64,000 bases of DNA, taken from NCBI GenBank assembly GCA_037130755.1, contig JBAXSI010000010.1, positions 16,351 through 80,350 on the forward strand. The letters run 5' to 3'. Below the pieces are notes generated by a model. That model had not been told where the DNA came from, did not search any database, and saw only the letters and a program-made list of their open reading frames with translations. Of the stretch, positions 16,730 through 25,790 are shown one piece after another; the first letter of the stretch is position 1; every line of letters starts with the position of its first letter. Made by a program: the position numbers and the translations under genes. The DNA comes from Actinomycetes bacterium. GTDB taxonomy: Bacteria > Actinomycetota > Actinomycetes > S36-B12.

Positions 16730-17877
16730 GACTTCGGCAGTCCAAGTACATGCTGGCCGAGGTAGGCGAGCACGAGGTTGTTGTTGATGGGAGCGACTTG
16801 GTAGAGGCGGGTCTCGCGGAACTTGCGCTCGATGTCGTACTCGACGGCGAACCCGAAGCCGCCGTGCGTGTCGATCGCGGCGTTCGCTGCGGCCCACGAC
16901 GCCTCCGAGGCCAGGAGCTTGGCCATATTGGCCTCAGCGGCGCACTTCTCTCCCTGGTCGTATCTCGCTGCGGCATCGAACCGCACGAGATCGGCGGCAC
17001 GAAGCGAGGCGTACGCGCGGGCAAGCGGGAACTGCACTCCCTGATTGGCACCGATCGGGCGTCCGAAGACCTCGCGGCCGTTGGCGTAGTCGACGGCGCG
17101 TTCGAGCACGAAGCGCCCGTCGCCAATGCACTCGGAGGCGATCAGGATCCGCTCGGCATTCATCCCGTCGAGGATGTAGCGGAATCCTCTGCCCTCCTCG
17201 CCGATGAGTGCGTCGCCGGGTATCACGACGTCGTCGAAGAACACCTCGGTCGTGTTGTGGTTCATCATCGTGCGGATCGGCTTGATCGTCATGCCCGTCA
17301 CGCTTCGCATGTCGAAGATGAAGGCGGACAGTCCCTCCGTCGGCTTGGCGCATTCCTCGTAGGGCGTCGTTCGCGCGAGGAGCAGCATGAGGTCGGAGTA
17401 GAGGGCCCGCGACGTCCAGATCTTCTGGCCGTTGATGCGCCAGCCGTCCGCGACCCGTTCGGCGCGCGTGCGAATCCGCGTGGTCTCCGAGCCGGCTTCG
17501 GGCTCGGTGACCCCGAAAGCCTGGAGACGAAGGGTGCCCTCGGCGATGCCGGGCAGGTAGCGGGCCTTCTGCTCGGCGCTGCCGTGCCGCAGCAACGTTC
17601 CCATCACGTACATCTGCGCATGGCAGGCGGACGGGCTTCCGCCCGACGCCGAGATCTCCTCCAGGATGATCGACGCCTCGGTGAGCGTGGCTCCGCCACC
17701 GCCGTACTCCTCGGGCACCAGGGCGGCGAGGTAGCCGGCGTCGGTGAGGGCCTGCACGAACTCCTCGGGGTACGAGTCCGGCTCGAGGCCCTGCCAGTAG
17801 GCGCCGTCGAACGGTGCGCAGATCTGGCGGACCCCGTCGCGCAGGTCGTCGTATTCCGGTTTCTCGGTCAGCAGCAC
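16723..17877 (-). CDS. acyl-CoA dehydrogenase
   Basis: FGVTEPEAGS, INGQKIWTS, RQ/EVFGRPIG, HGGFGF...IERKFRE; 7-bp convergent overlap with CoA transferase. Confidence 0.94.
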   Translation of the reverse strand: MLLTEKPEYDDLRDGVRQICAPFDGAYWQGLEPDSYPEEFVQALTDAGYLAALVPEEYGGGGATLTEASIILEEISASGGSPSACHAQMYVMGTLLRHGSAEQKARYLPGIAEGTLRLQAFGVTEPEAGSETTRIRTRAERVADGWRINGQKIWTSRALYSDLMLLLARTTPYEECAKPTEGLSAFIFDMRSVTGMTIKPIRTMMNHNTTEVFFDDVVIPGDALIGEEGRGFRYILDGMNAERILIASECIGDGRFVLERAVDYANGREVFGRPIGANQGVQFPLARAYASLRAADLVRFDAAARYDQGEKCAAEANMAKLLASEASWAAANAAIDTHGGFGFAVEYDIERKFRETRLYQVAPINNNLVLAYLGQHVLGLPKSY

Positions 17878-17880
17878 CCG

Positions 17881-17902
17881 CTATTTGTATCATTTATCAA
17901 AC
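17881..17902. promoter_or_regulatory. putative GntR operator in 44-bp divergent ACAD/ALDH intergenic region
   Basis: TTTGTATCATTTATCAAA; shares CATTTATCAA with 13484. Confidence 0.6.
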
Positions 17903-17921
17903 TCGAGTGCGGAGGACTTCC

Positions 17922-19406
17922 ATGACAACGACCGCTCCCGACTGGAGCGCGCTGGCTGCGACCGTCCAGTACCCGACCGACCTGCTCATCGGCGGGCGAT
18001 GGACTCCCGGCTCGACGCGGGGGGAAGTCGTCAGCCCCATCGACGGACGCGTCGTGGCCGAGGTGGCGATGGGCGACGGGGCGGACATCGATCGCGCGGT
18101 CGCCTCGGCACGGGCCGCCTTCGACGACCGGCGCTGGGCCGGCATGGCGCCGATGGACCGCAAGGACGTCCTCATCCGCTGGGCCCACCTGGTCAACGGG
18201 CACGCCGAGCAGTTGGCGGTGCTGACGGCTCTGGAGATGGGCAAGCCGGCGCGGGAGGCCAAGGCGATCGACGTCCGGGCGTGCCACCGAACCCTGCGTT
18301 GGTACGGCGAGGCGATCGACAAGGTGCTCGACGAGATGCCGAATGTGGGCGACTCCTCGTGGGCGATGATCGAGCGGGAGCCGGCCGGAGTTGTCGGCGC
18401 GATCACGCCGTGGAACTTCCCGCTGACTCTCGAGACCTGGAAGATCGCACCGGCGCTGGCGGTGGGCTGCTCGATGGTCCTCAAGCCCGCGGAACTGTCG
18501 CCACTGACGGCGCTCTACGTCGCGCAGCTCGGACTCGAGGCGGGCCTGCCGGACGGAGTGCTCAACGTCGTCAACGGGACGGGTCCCACCGCGGGTGCTG
18601 CGCTGGCCGGTCACCCCGACGTCGACATCGTCACCTTCACGGGCTCGACCGCCACCGGCCGGGCGATCATGACGGCGGCCGCGCAGTCCAACATGAAGCG
18701 GCCCTACCTCGAGCTCGGGGGCAAGGGCGCGAACATCGTCTTCCCCGACGCCGACCTCGACAAGGCCGCGGCAACCGCAGCGTGGTCCGTCACCTACAAC
18801 GCGGGGCAGATGTGCACTGCCGGTTCACGCCTGATCGTGCATGAGTCCGTGAAGGACGACGTGGTGGGCAGGATTCTCGAGGCGATGACCGGGCTGCAGC
18901 CCGGCGACCCGCTTGATCACCAGACGCCAATCGGCGCTATCGCCAGCGCCCGACAGCTCCAGACAGTGCACGGCATCGTCTCGGCCGGCCTGCGAGAGGG
19001 TGGACGGCTTCTGGTCGGAGGGGAGCCGGTTCTCGTCGGGACGGGCGGCTCGTACTACCCGCCAACGGTCGTCGACAACCTCCGACCGGACTCGCTGCTG
19101 GCGCAGAAGGAGGTGTTCGGCCCGGTGCTGTCCGTCCTCACATTCGACACCGACGACGAGGCCGTGCGGATCGCGAACTCGACCGCCTACGGCCTGGCGT
19201 CGGCGGTGTGGACCAATGACCTCAGTCGCGCGCGACGCGTGTCCAAGGCACTGCGCATGGGGACGGTGTGGGTGAACTGCTACGAGGAGGGTGACATGAC
19301 CGTTCCCTTCGGCGGCGTCAAGCAGTCTGGCTTCGGCAGCGACAAGTCGCTGCACGCCATGGACAAGTTCACCGACCTGAAGACCACGTGGATCGAGCTG
19401 TCATGA
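17922..19406 (+). CDS. aldehyde dehydrogenase, PuuC-like
   Basis: WYGEAIDKV, TPWNFPL, LELGGK, AGQMCTAGSR, GSDKSLHAMDKFTDLKTTWIEL (PuuC-type C-terminus); GGAGG RBS. Confidence 0.9.
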   Translation: MTTTAPDWSALAATVQYPTDLLIGGRWTPGSTRGEVVSPIDGRVVAEVAMGDGADIDRAVASARAAFDDRRWAGMAPMDRKDVLIRWAHLVNGHAEQLAVLTALEMGKPAREAKAIDVRACHRTLRWYGEAIDKVLDEMPNVGDSSWAMIEREPAGVVGAITPWNFPLTLETWKIAPALAVGCSMVLKPAELSPLTALYVAQLGLEAGLPDGVLNVVNGTGPTAGAALAGHPDVDIVTFTGSTATGRAIMTAAAQSNMKRPYLELGGKGANIVFPDADLDKAAATAAWSVTYNAGQMCTAGSRLIVHESVKDDVVGRILEAMTGLQPGDPLDHQTPIGAIASARQLQTVHGIVSAGLREGGRLLVGGEPVLVGTGGSYYPPTVVDNLRPDSLLAQKEVFGPVLSVLTFDTDDEAVRIANSTAYGLASAVWTNDLSRARRVSKALRMGTVWVNCYEEGDMTVPFGGVKQSGFGSDKSLHAMDKFTDLKTTWIELS

Positions 19407-20080
19407 GCGCTGACCCGATACCGCTGCGCCCCCGACGTCGGGGCAACCTCGCCGACGCGGTCGCCGACCACATCCGTGAGGGGATCCTCAACGGCACGAT
19501 GAAGCCCGGCACGCGGGTCGATCAGGATGCGATCGCCGAGGAGCTCGGCGTCAGCCGGCTGCCGGTGCGCGAAGCCTTGATCACGCTCGACCAGGAGGGC
19601 CTGATCGAGAACATCCCGCGGCGGGGCGCGTACGTGCAGCGCCTCGAGCGGGAGGACATCATCGACCACTACCAGCTCTTCGGACAGGTGGCCGGCCTGT
19701 CCGCTGCTCGCGCGGTGGCGCGGCTCGACGACGACGGACTCGCGCGACTCGTTGCCATCTACGAGGCGATCGGATCCACCGAAGATCGTGCCGAGCAGGA
19801 GCGACTCAACTTCGAATTCCACCGCACCATCAACAAGGCGTGTGGGAGCAAGCGGATCGACAGCATGCTGCGCCTGCTCACTCGGTCGCTGCCGATGCCG
19901 TACTTCGAGTTCGTCCCCGAGTGGCTCGACGAGGCGCAGCGCCAGCACAAGGAGATCGTGGACGCGTTCCAGCGACGCGATCCGATGGCGGCCCAACGGG
20001 CCATGGAACTGCACCTCAACGCAAGTGCCCGCCACGCCGTTGATGTGCTCGAGCACATGAACTTCTTCGAGGAGCAGTGA
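19403..20080 (+). CDS. GntR (FadR/FCD) transcriptional regulator
   Basis: wHTH LGVSRLPVREAL, FCD NFEFH...HKEIVDA; ATGA overlap. Confidence 0.93.
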   Translation: MSADPIPLRPRRRGNLADAVADHIREGILNGTMKPGTRVDQDAIAEELGVSRLPVREALITLDQEGLIENIPRRGAYVQRLEREDIIDHYQLFGQVAGLSAARAVARLDDDGLARLVAIYEAIGSTEDRAEQERLNFEFHRTINKACGSKRIDSMLRLLTRSLPMPYFEFVPEWLDEAQRQHKEIVDAFQRRDPMAAQRAMELHLNASARHAVDVLEHMNFFEEQ

Positions 20081-21552
20081 TGGACCGCTATCAGCACTGG
20101 ATCAATGGCCGCCGCACGCCGGCATCGTCAGGTGAGGTCCTCGCGACGCTCGATCCGATGACGACCGAGCCGTGGGCCGAGATCGCGCGGGGCGATGCGG
20201 ACGACGTTGACGCGGCGGTGCATGCCGCGCAGGCTGTCTTCTCGTCCTGGCGCGACGCCGGTCCGACGAAGCGTGCCGACATCCTGTGGCGCCTCGGTGA
20301 CCTCATCGCCGAACACGCAGACGAGCTGGCCGCGCTCGAGGCGCGTGATGCGGGCAAGGTCGTCCGTGAGGTCAAGGGTCAGATGGTGTCGCTGCGCGCC
20401 TGGTACCACTACTACGCGAGCCTGGCGTACCAGACTGAGGGCCGGACGATCCCGCAGGACCGTGCGAGCGTCACGGTCTTCACGCAGCGCGTGCCCTTCG
20501 GCGTGGTCGGTGTGATCCCGGCCTTCAACTCCCCGATGCTGCTGGGCGGAATGGGCCTGGCGCCGGCGCTGGCGGCGGGCAACTGCGTTGTCGTGAAGCC
20601 ACCGGAGGTCAACTCGCTGTCCCTGCTTCGACTGGGAGAGCTGGCGAAGGAAGCGGGCCTTCCTGACGGCTGCCTCAACATCGTCACCGGACTGGGGCAG
20701 GAGGCCGGCGACGCACTCGTCGCGCATCCACTCGTGCGCAAGCTCTGGTTCACCGGCGGGCCTGACAGCGCCCGCTTCGTTGCCGAGCGCGCTGCGCAGC
20801 ACCTCAAGCCACTCGTCCTGGAGCTGGGTGGCAAGAGCGCGAACATGTTCTTCGCGGATGTGCGCATCGACGAGGTCGTCAACGGTGTCATCGCCGGCAT
20901 CTTCGCGGCGGCTGGCCAGACGTGCGTTGCGGGATCTCGGCTGCTTGTCCACGAGTCGATCGCGGAGCAGCTGATCGATGCCGTGGCGGCGCGAGCGAGG
21001 ACGATTCGGCTGGGCGATCCCGTGGATCCCGACACGGACATGGGCCCGATGTCGCAGGAGAAGATCCTCGCGGGCGTGGCCTCACGGGTCGACGAGGCGG
21101 TGAGCGAAGGTGCACACCTGATCGTCGGAGGCGCAGACGGCGATCGGCCCGATCGCGGCTGGTTCTACCCGCCGACCGTCCTCGCCGGTGTCACGAACCA
21201 GATGTCCGTGGCGCGCAACGAACTGTTCGGCCCGGTGCTGTCTGTCATCACCTTCGCCGACGAGGACGAGGCGATCGCCATCGCCAACGACTCGCCGTTC
21301 GCCCTTGCCGCGGGGGTGTGGACGCGCGACCTTGGCCGTGCGCACCGCGTCGCGCGTCAACTGGACACGGGAACCGTCTGGGTCAACATGTACCGGGCGC
21401 TGCAGTTCGCCACGCCCTTCGGCGGAAACAAGCTCTCCGGCTATGGGCGCGAGAACGGCCTCGACGGTTTCGCGGAGTTCACCCAGCCGAAGGCGGTATG
21501 GATCGAGTCGGCGGACGAGCCGGTGGGCGACCCGTTCGTACTGCGCGCCTGA
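20080..21552 (+). CDS. aldehyde dehydrogenase
   Basis: [39 protein letters not shown]. Confidence 0.92.
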   Translation: MDRYQHWINGRRTPASSGEVLATLDPMTTEPWAEIARGDADDVDAAVHAAQAVFSSWRDAGPTKRADILWRLGDLIAEHADELAALEARDAGKVVREVKGQMVSLRAWYHYYASLAYQTEGRTIPQDRASVTVFTQRVPFGVVGVIPAFNSPMLLGGMGLAPALAAGNCVVVKPPEVNSLSLLRLGELAKEAGLPDGCLNIVTGLGQEAGDALVAHPLVRKLWFTGGPDSARFVAERAAQHLKPLVLELGGKSANMFFADVRIDEVVNGVIAGIFAAAGQTCVAGSRLLVHESIAEQLIDAVAARARTIRLGDPVDPDTDMGPMSQEKILAGVASRVDEAVSEGAHLIVGGADGDRPDRGWFYPPTVLAGVTNQMSVARNELFGPVLSVITFADEDEAIAIANDSPFALAAGVWTRDLGRAHRVARQLDTGTVWVNMYRALQFATPFGGNKLSGYGRENGLDGFAEFTQPKAVWIESADEPVGDPFVLRA

Positions 21553-21563
21553 CCCTCCCTGCA

Positions 21564-21651
21564 CCGCCGAGAGGCAGGCTGCGGTCGTGCCCGGTTGAGA
21601 TTTTGCAGCGTTTGACGACCTGAGCCTGCCTCTCGGCGGGGGGGGGGGGGG
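21564..21651. repeat. REP-like long hairpin plus G14 homopolymer between convergent genes
   Basis: 17-bp perfect arms CCGCCGAGAGGCAGGCT (21564-21580)/(21623-21639), inner GGTCGT/ACGACC pair; 14 G at 21638-21651. Confidence 0.75.
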
Positions 21652-22611
21652 TCAGCGGGAGCGTTCGGCCAGCAGCACTCCGGCGAGGACGATGACGGCG
21701 CCGAGGATCTGGACGGGAGCCATGGCCTCGCCCAGTGCCACCCAGGCGATGAAGGTCGCCAGCAACGGCTCGGTCATGCCGACGACGGACGCCTGCGAGG
21801 CGCGGATGTGCTGCAAGGACACGACAACCAGCCAGAACGGCACGACAGTGCCGAGCACGATCATCCATGCGCACAGCAGCCAGATCGGAACTGCCTGGCC
21901 GTCGGTTCCCAGCGGAAAGCCGTTGCCGGCGAGGCCCGACCACGGGAATGACCACCACGGCTCGACGATCGTCCAGAACAGCGCCGCCGCCCCGAATCCC
22001 CACATCGTCAGCGACACCGGATCACGGGCATCGGGACGACGGACCTGCACGTCGGCGAGGACGTAGTAGATGGCCAGCGCCGCCGCGGCGCCGAACCCGG
22101 CGATGACGCCAAGCCCGTCGAGGGTGAAGCCCAGCCACACCTGACCCACCAAGGCCAGACCGACAAGAGCCATCACCAGCGCGCCCCAGACGGTGCGCTT
22201 GGTCGGCTGGTGCATGCCGAACCTGAACCACAGCGCCACCATGATCGGCGCGGTGAACTCGATGAGGAGGGCGATGCCGACGGGCAGTCGGGAGATCGAC
22301 ACGAAGTAGAGGTACTGGGTCATCGCGACACCGAGCACGCCGTACGCGAGCAGGATCGGGATCTCTGACCTGCGCAGGCGCAGTGCCGACGGCCGAGCGA
22401 TGGCGACGAAGACCAGCAGGATGAGGAACGCGACCGTCACGCGCAGTTGGGACAGCCGCGCGGGGTCGAAGCCGGTCAGGAGGATCGATTTGGAGATGGT
22501 CCCGTTGAGCGCGAACAGTGTCGCCGCGCACAGGTACAGCACGTAGCCGCGCGCAGGATGCCGCGTCACGGCCGGAGCGACTCCGGGGATCGGCTCGGCG
22601 AGGTCGCTCAC
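21652..22611 (-). CDS. EamA/DMT family transporter
   Basis: About 10 TM segments, two EamA repeats, EFTAP and MTEP motifs; coupled to glgM stop. Confidence 0.92.
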   Translation of the reverse strand: MSDLAEPIPGVAPAVTRHPARGYVLYLCAATLFALNGTISKSILLTGFDPARLSQLRVTVAFLILLVFVAIARPSALRLRRSEIPILLAYGVLGVAMTQYLYFVSISRLPVGIALLIEFTAPIMVALWFRFGMHQPTKRTVWGALVMALVGLALVGQVWLGFTLDGLGVIAGFGAAAALAIYYVLADVQVRRPDARDPVSLTMWGFGAAALFWTIVEPWWSFPWSGLAGNGFPLGTDGQAVPIWLLCAWMIVLGTVVPFWLVVVSLQHIRASQASVVGMTEPLLATFIAWVALGEAMAPVQILGAVIVLAGVLLAERSR

Positions 22612-23771
22612 CGGTGGAGAGCGGAGTCGTACACGGCGATGGTGCGATCAGCGATCGCGTCCCAGCCGAAGTCCGACACGGCGCGCGAACGACCGGCGGC
22701 CCCCATCATCTTCGCGCGCTGGGGGTCGGCGGCGAGCACGTTCACCGCATCGGCGAAGGCGAACTCGAAGGCAGCAGGCTCGGTGGCGTCGTAGGGGACG
22801 AGGAGTCCCGTTGTCCCATCGACGACGACCTCGGGGATTCCGCCGACGGCGCTCGCCACGACCGCCGTCTCGCAGGCCATTGCCTCGAGGTTGACGATGC
22901 CCAGCGGCTCGTAGATCGACGGGCACACGAAGGCGAGTGCGTGGGTGAACAGCTGGACCAGCTTCGTGCGTGCGACCTGCTCCTGGATCCAGATGACGCT
23001 GGACTCGCCACGCTCGGCACGAAGCTGTTCGACGGCCGCCGACGTCTCCTCGCCGATCTCCTTGGTGTCCGGCGACGAGGCGCACAGCACGAGGACCACG
23101 TCGTCGTCGAACCGTCGCGCGGCCTTGAGCAGATGCACGAGGCCCTTCTGGCGGGTGATGCGGCCTACGAACAGGACGTAGGGGCGAGACTCGACGATGC
23201 CGTACTGGTCGAGCACGTCCGTGCCGGCGTCGGGTCGGTACACGGCCGTGTCGATGCCGTTGTGGACGACGTGGACCCGGTCCGGGTCGACGCTCGGGTA
23301 GGCGGTCAGGACGTCACCGCGCATGCCGTGGCTCACGGCGATGATGGCGTCGGCTGCCTCGTAGGCGGTTCGCTCGACCCAGGACGAGACCCGGTAGCCA
23401 CCGCCGAGCTGCTCCTCCTTCCACGGCCGGAGCGGTTCGAGGCTGTGGGCGCTGACGACGTGCGGGATTCCGTGGAGCAGCCCGCCGATGTGACCGGCCA
23501 GATTGGCGTACCAGGTGTGCGAGTGCAGGAGTTCGACGCCGGCGGTGGAGTTGACCATCTCAAGGTCGACCCCGAGGGTCTGGATCGCCGGGTTCGCGTC
23601 GCTCAGTGATCCGGGGACCGTGTGGGCGATCGCGTCGACGCGCGGCTCGCCGAAGCAGTGGACGTCGACGGTGATCTTCTTGCGGAGTTCGGCAGCCAGA
23701 TGCTCGACGTGGACCCCGGCCCCGCCGTAGATGTCCGGTGGCCACTCGCGCGTCAGCATTCCTATGTGCAC
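22608..23771 (-). CDS. glgA: glycogen synthase GlgA/GlgM (GT4, maltose-1-phosphate synthase type)
   Basis: TREWPPDIYGGAGVHV, HSHTWY, YEPLGIVNLEAMAC; divergent from glgC as in mycobacteria. Confidence 0.93.
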   Translation of the reverse strand: MHIGMLTREWPPDIYGGAGVHVEHLAAELRKKITVDVHCFGEPRVDAIAHTVPGSLSDANPAIQTLGVDLEMVNSTAGVELLHSHTWYANLAGHIGGLLHGIPHVVSAHSLEPLRPWKEEQLGGGYRVSSWVERTAYEAADAIIAVSHGMRGDVLTAYPSVDPDRVHVVHNGIDTAVYRPDAGTDVLDQYGIVESRPYVLFVGRITRQKGLVHLLKAARRFDDDVVLVLCASSPDTKEIGEETSAAVEQLRAERGESSVIWIQEQVARTKLVQLFTHALAFVCPSIYEPLGIVNLEAMACETAVVASAVGGIPEVVVDGTTGLLVPYDATEPAAFEFAFADAVNVLAADPQRAKMMGAAGRSRAVSDFGWDAIADRTIAVYDSALHR

Positions 23772-23839
23772 GATGTCGAGCCTAGAGGTCTTGCCGGCAA
23801 GGCGGCACAGGACCTTCCCTATGCGGCTAGGGTTCCACT

Positions 23840-25063
23840 GTGAGTGCCGATCCCCATGTCCTTGCCATGGTCCTTGCAGGCGGCGAGGGCAAGCGGCTGA
23901 TGCCCTTGACGGCGGACCGGGCCAAGCCCGCTGTTCCGTTCGGCGGCTCCTACCGCCTCGTCGACTTCGTCCTGTCGAATCTGATCAATGCGGGCTTCCG
24001 TCGTGTCTGCGTCCTTACCCAGTACAAGTCGCACAGTCTCGACCGGCACGTCACCCAAACCTGGCGTATGCCGACGCTGTTGGGCGACTACGTGACTCCG
24101 GTGCCGGCGCAGCAGCGCCTCGGGCCGCGGTGGTACACCGGCAGTGCGGACGCGATCTTCCAGAGCCTCAACCTGGTCTACGACGAGGGTCCGGAGTACG
24201 TCGTCGTCTTCGGTGCCGACCACGTGTACCGCATGGTTCCCGAGCAGATGATCAAGGCGCACATCGAGAGCGGCGCGAGTGTCACCGTCGCCGGACTTCG
24301 GATGCCGAAGGCCGGTGCGAGCGAGTTCGGCGTGATCCAGACCGCGCCGGACGGCAAGAAGATCGCGAAGTTCCTGGAGAAGCCCGCCGATCCGCCGACC
24401 ATTCCTGGCGACGACGATCACTGCTACGTGTCCATGGGCAACTACGTCTTCACGACCTCGGCGCTGATCGAAGTACTCAAGGCCGACGCCGCCGATCCCG
24501 CCTCCGTGCACGACATGGGCGGCAATATCATCCCCACGCTGACGGCGCAGGGCGAGGCATACGTCTACGACTTCTCGGAGAACATCGTTCCGGGCGCTAC
24601 CGATCGCGACCGTGGCTACTGGCGCGACGTCGGGACGCTCGACAGCTACCACGACGCCCACATGGACCTCGTCTCCGTGCACCCCATCTTCAACCTCTAC
24701 AACCGCCGCTGGCCGATCCTGTCGAACCTGCCCTCGCTCCCGCCGGCGAAGTTCGTCGAGGGCGGGAATGCGCACGAGTCGATGGTCGGCGCCGGGACGA
24801 TCATCTCGGGGGCGCATGTGCGCACCTCGGTGCTCGCCACCAGCGTGTCCGTCGATGCCGGCGCCTACGTCGAGGGCAGCGTGATCATGCCGGGCGTGCG
24901 GATCGGTCGTAACGCCGTCGTGCGGAGGGCGATCCTCGACAAGAACGTCGTGATCCCCGACGGCGCGCAGATCGGTGTCGACGTCGAGCGCGACCGTTCC
25001 CTCTACACCGTGAGCGAGGGCGGCGTCGTCTGCCTCGGCAAGGGCGTCACCGCGGCGCTGTAA
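23840..25063 (+). CDS. glgC: glucose-1-phosphate adenylyltransferase
   Basis: [39 protein letters not shown]. Confidence 0.97.
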   Translation: MSADPHVLAMVLAGGEGKRLMPLTADRAKPAVPFGGSYRLVDFVLSNLINAGFRRVCVLTQYKSHSLDRHVTQTWRMPTLLGDYVTPVPAQQRLGPRWYTGSADAIFQSLNLVYDEGPEYVVVFGADHVYRMVPEQMIKAHIESGASVTVAGLRMPKAGASEFGVIQTAPDGKKIAKFLEKPADPPTIPGDDDHCYVSMGNYVFTTSALIEVLKADAADPASVHDMGGNIIPTLTAQGEAYVYDFSENIVPGATDRDRGYWRDVGTLDSYHDAHMDLVSVHPIFNLYNRRWPILSNLPSLPPAKFVEGGNAHESMVGAGTIISGAHVRTSVLATSVSVDAGAYVEGSVIMPGVRIGRNAVVRRAILDKNVVIPDGAQIGVDVERDRSLYTVSEGGVVCLGKGVTAAL

Positions 25064-25073
25064 CCGCACGAGA

Positions 25074-25790
25074 TCACGGCAGCGTCGTAGCGCCCAAGGT
25101 CACGTTCCCCGACGGCGACGTCAGGTCCAGTTGCAGGCTGAACTCCTCCATGGTCGTCGTCATCGTGACCGGCGTGTTCACCTTCGCGTCCTTGGCGGAC
25201 CTGTCGACGCGGATCACGTGGCCGGAGTCGTCGATCCACACGGTCACGTCCTCGCGCCCGTCCCCGGGCAGCCAGCCGGTGTATCGCGTCGTGGAGACAC
25301 CGTCGAGTACCTCGGTCCCTGCTTTGGAGACGTCCCGCAGCACTCCGAGCCCGCGCAGCGGATCGACATACCGGGACGTCGCGGTCGGGTCGCTGACCGG
25401 CCACTGGGTCCAGTCCGTGCCGTTCGCGGTGACGTAGATGCCGCGGCTGTTGACCAGTTCCCGGAAGGATCCCTGGGGAGTGATCCAGTTCAGGTCGCCC
25501 ATTCCCGATCCCAGGACCGTCACGCCTTGGGCGCTGACAGGCGCGATGCCCGTCGAGGTTCGAATGGACCCGTCGATGACGATGCGGGCTGTCCCCAGCG
25601 CGCGGGTGGCGACGACGGCCGAGTGGAAGGGGTCAGCCGAGGGCAGCAGCGACAGGGGTTCCGCAGAGGTAGTGGAGGTGGGTGCGGGAGTGCCGCAGGC
25701 GGTGAGGGCGAGCAATGCGAGGCCTAGGGCCACAAAGAGGCGCAAGACGCCGTTCCCGAGGGCATTGCCAGCCAGGGCACGGACTCTCAC
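25074..25790 (-). CDS. putative lipoprotein (LppX/LprAFG-like fold)
   Basis: Lipobox LALTAC, GTEVLDGVSTTRY and VWIDD motifs; GTGA coupling to NUDIX gene (start uncertain). Confidence 0.7.
   Translation of the reverse strand: MRVRALAGNALGNGVLRLFVALGLALLALTACGTPAPTSTTSAEPLSLLPSADPFHSAVVATRALGTARIVIDGSIRTSTGIAPVSAQGVTVLGSGMGDLNWITPQGSFRELVNSRGIYVTANGTDWTQWPVSDPTATSRYVDPLRGLGVLRDVSKAGTEVLDGVSTTRYTGWLPGDGREDVTVWIDDSGHVIRVDRSAKDAKVNTPVTMTTTMEEFSLQLDLTSPSGNVTLGATTLP

Noticed and set aside
1-21651. Catabolic island as a mobile element
   Set aside because: No integrase, transposase, tRNA or att repeat in the window, and the left boundary is not visible; called accessory on gene content only.
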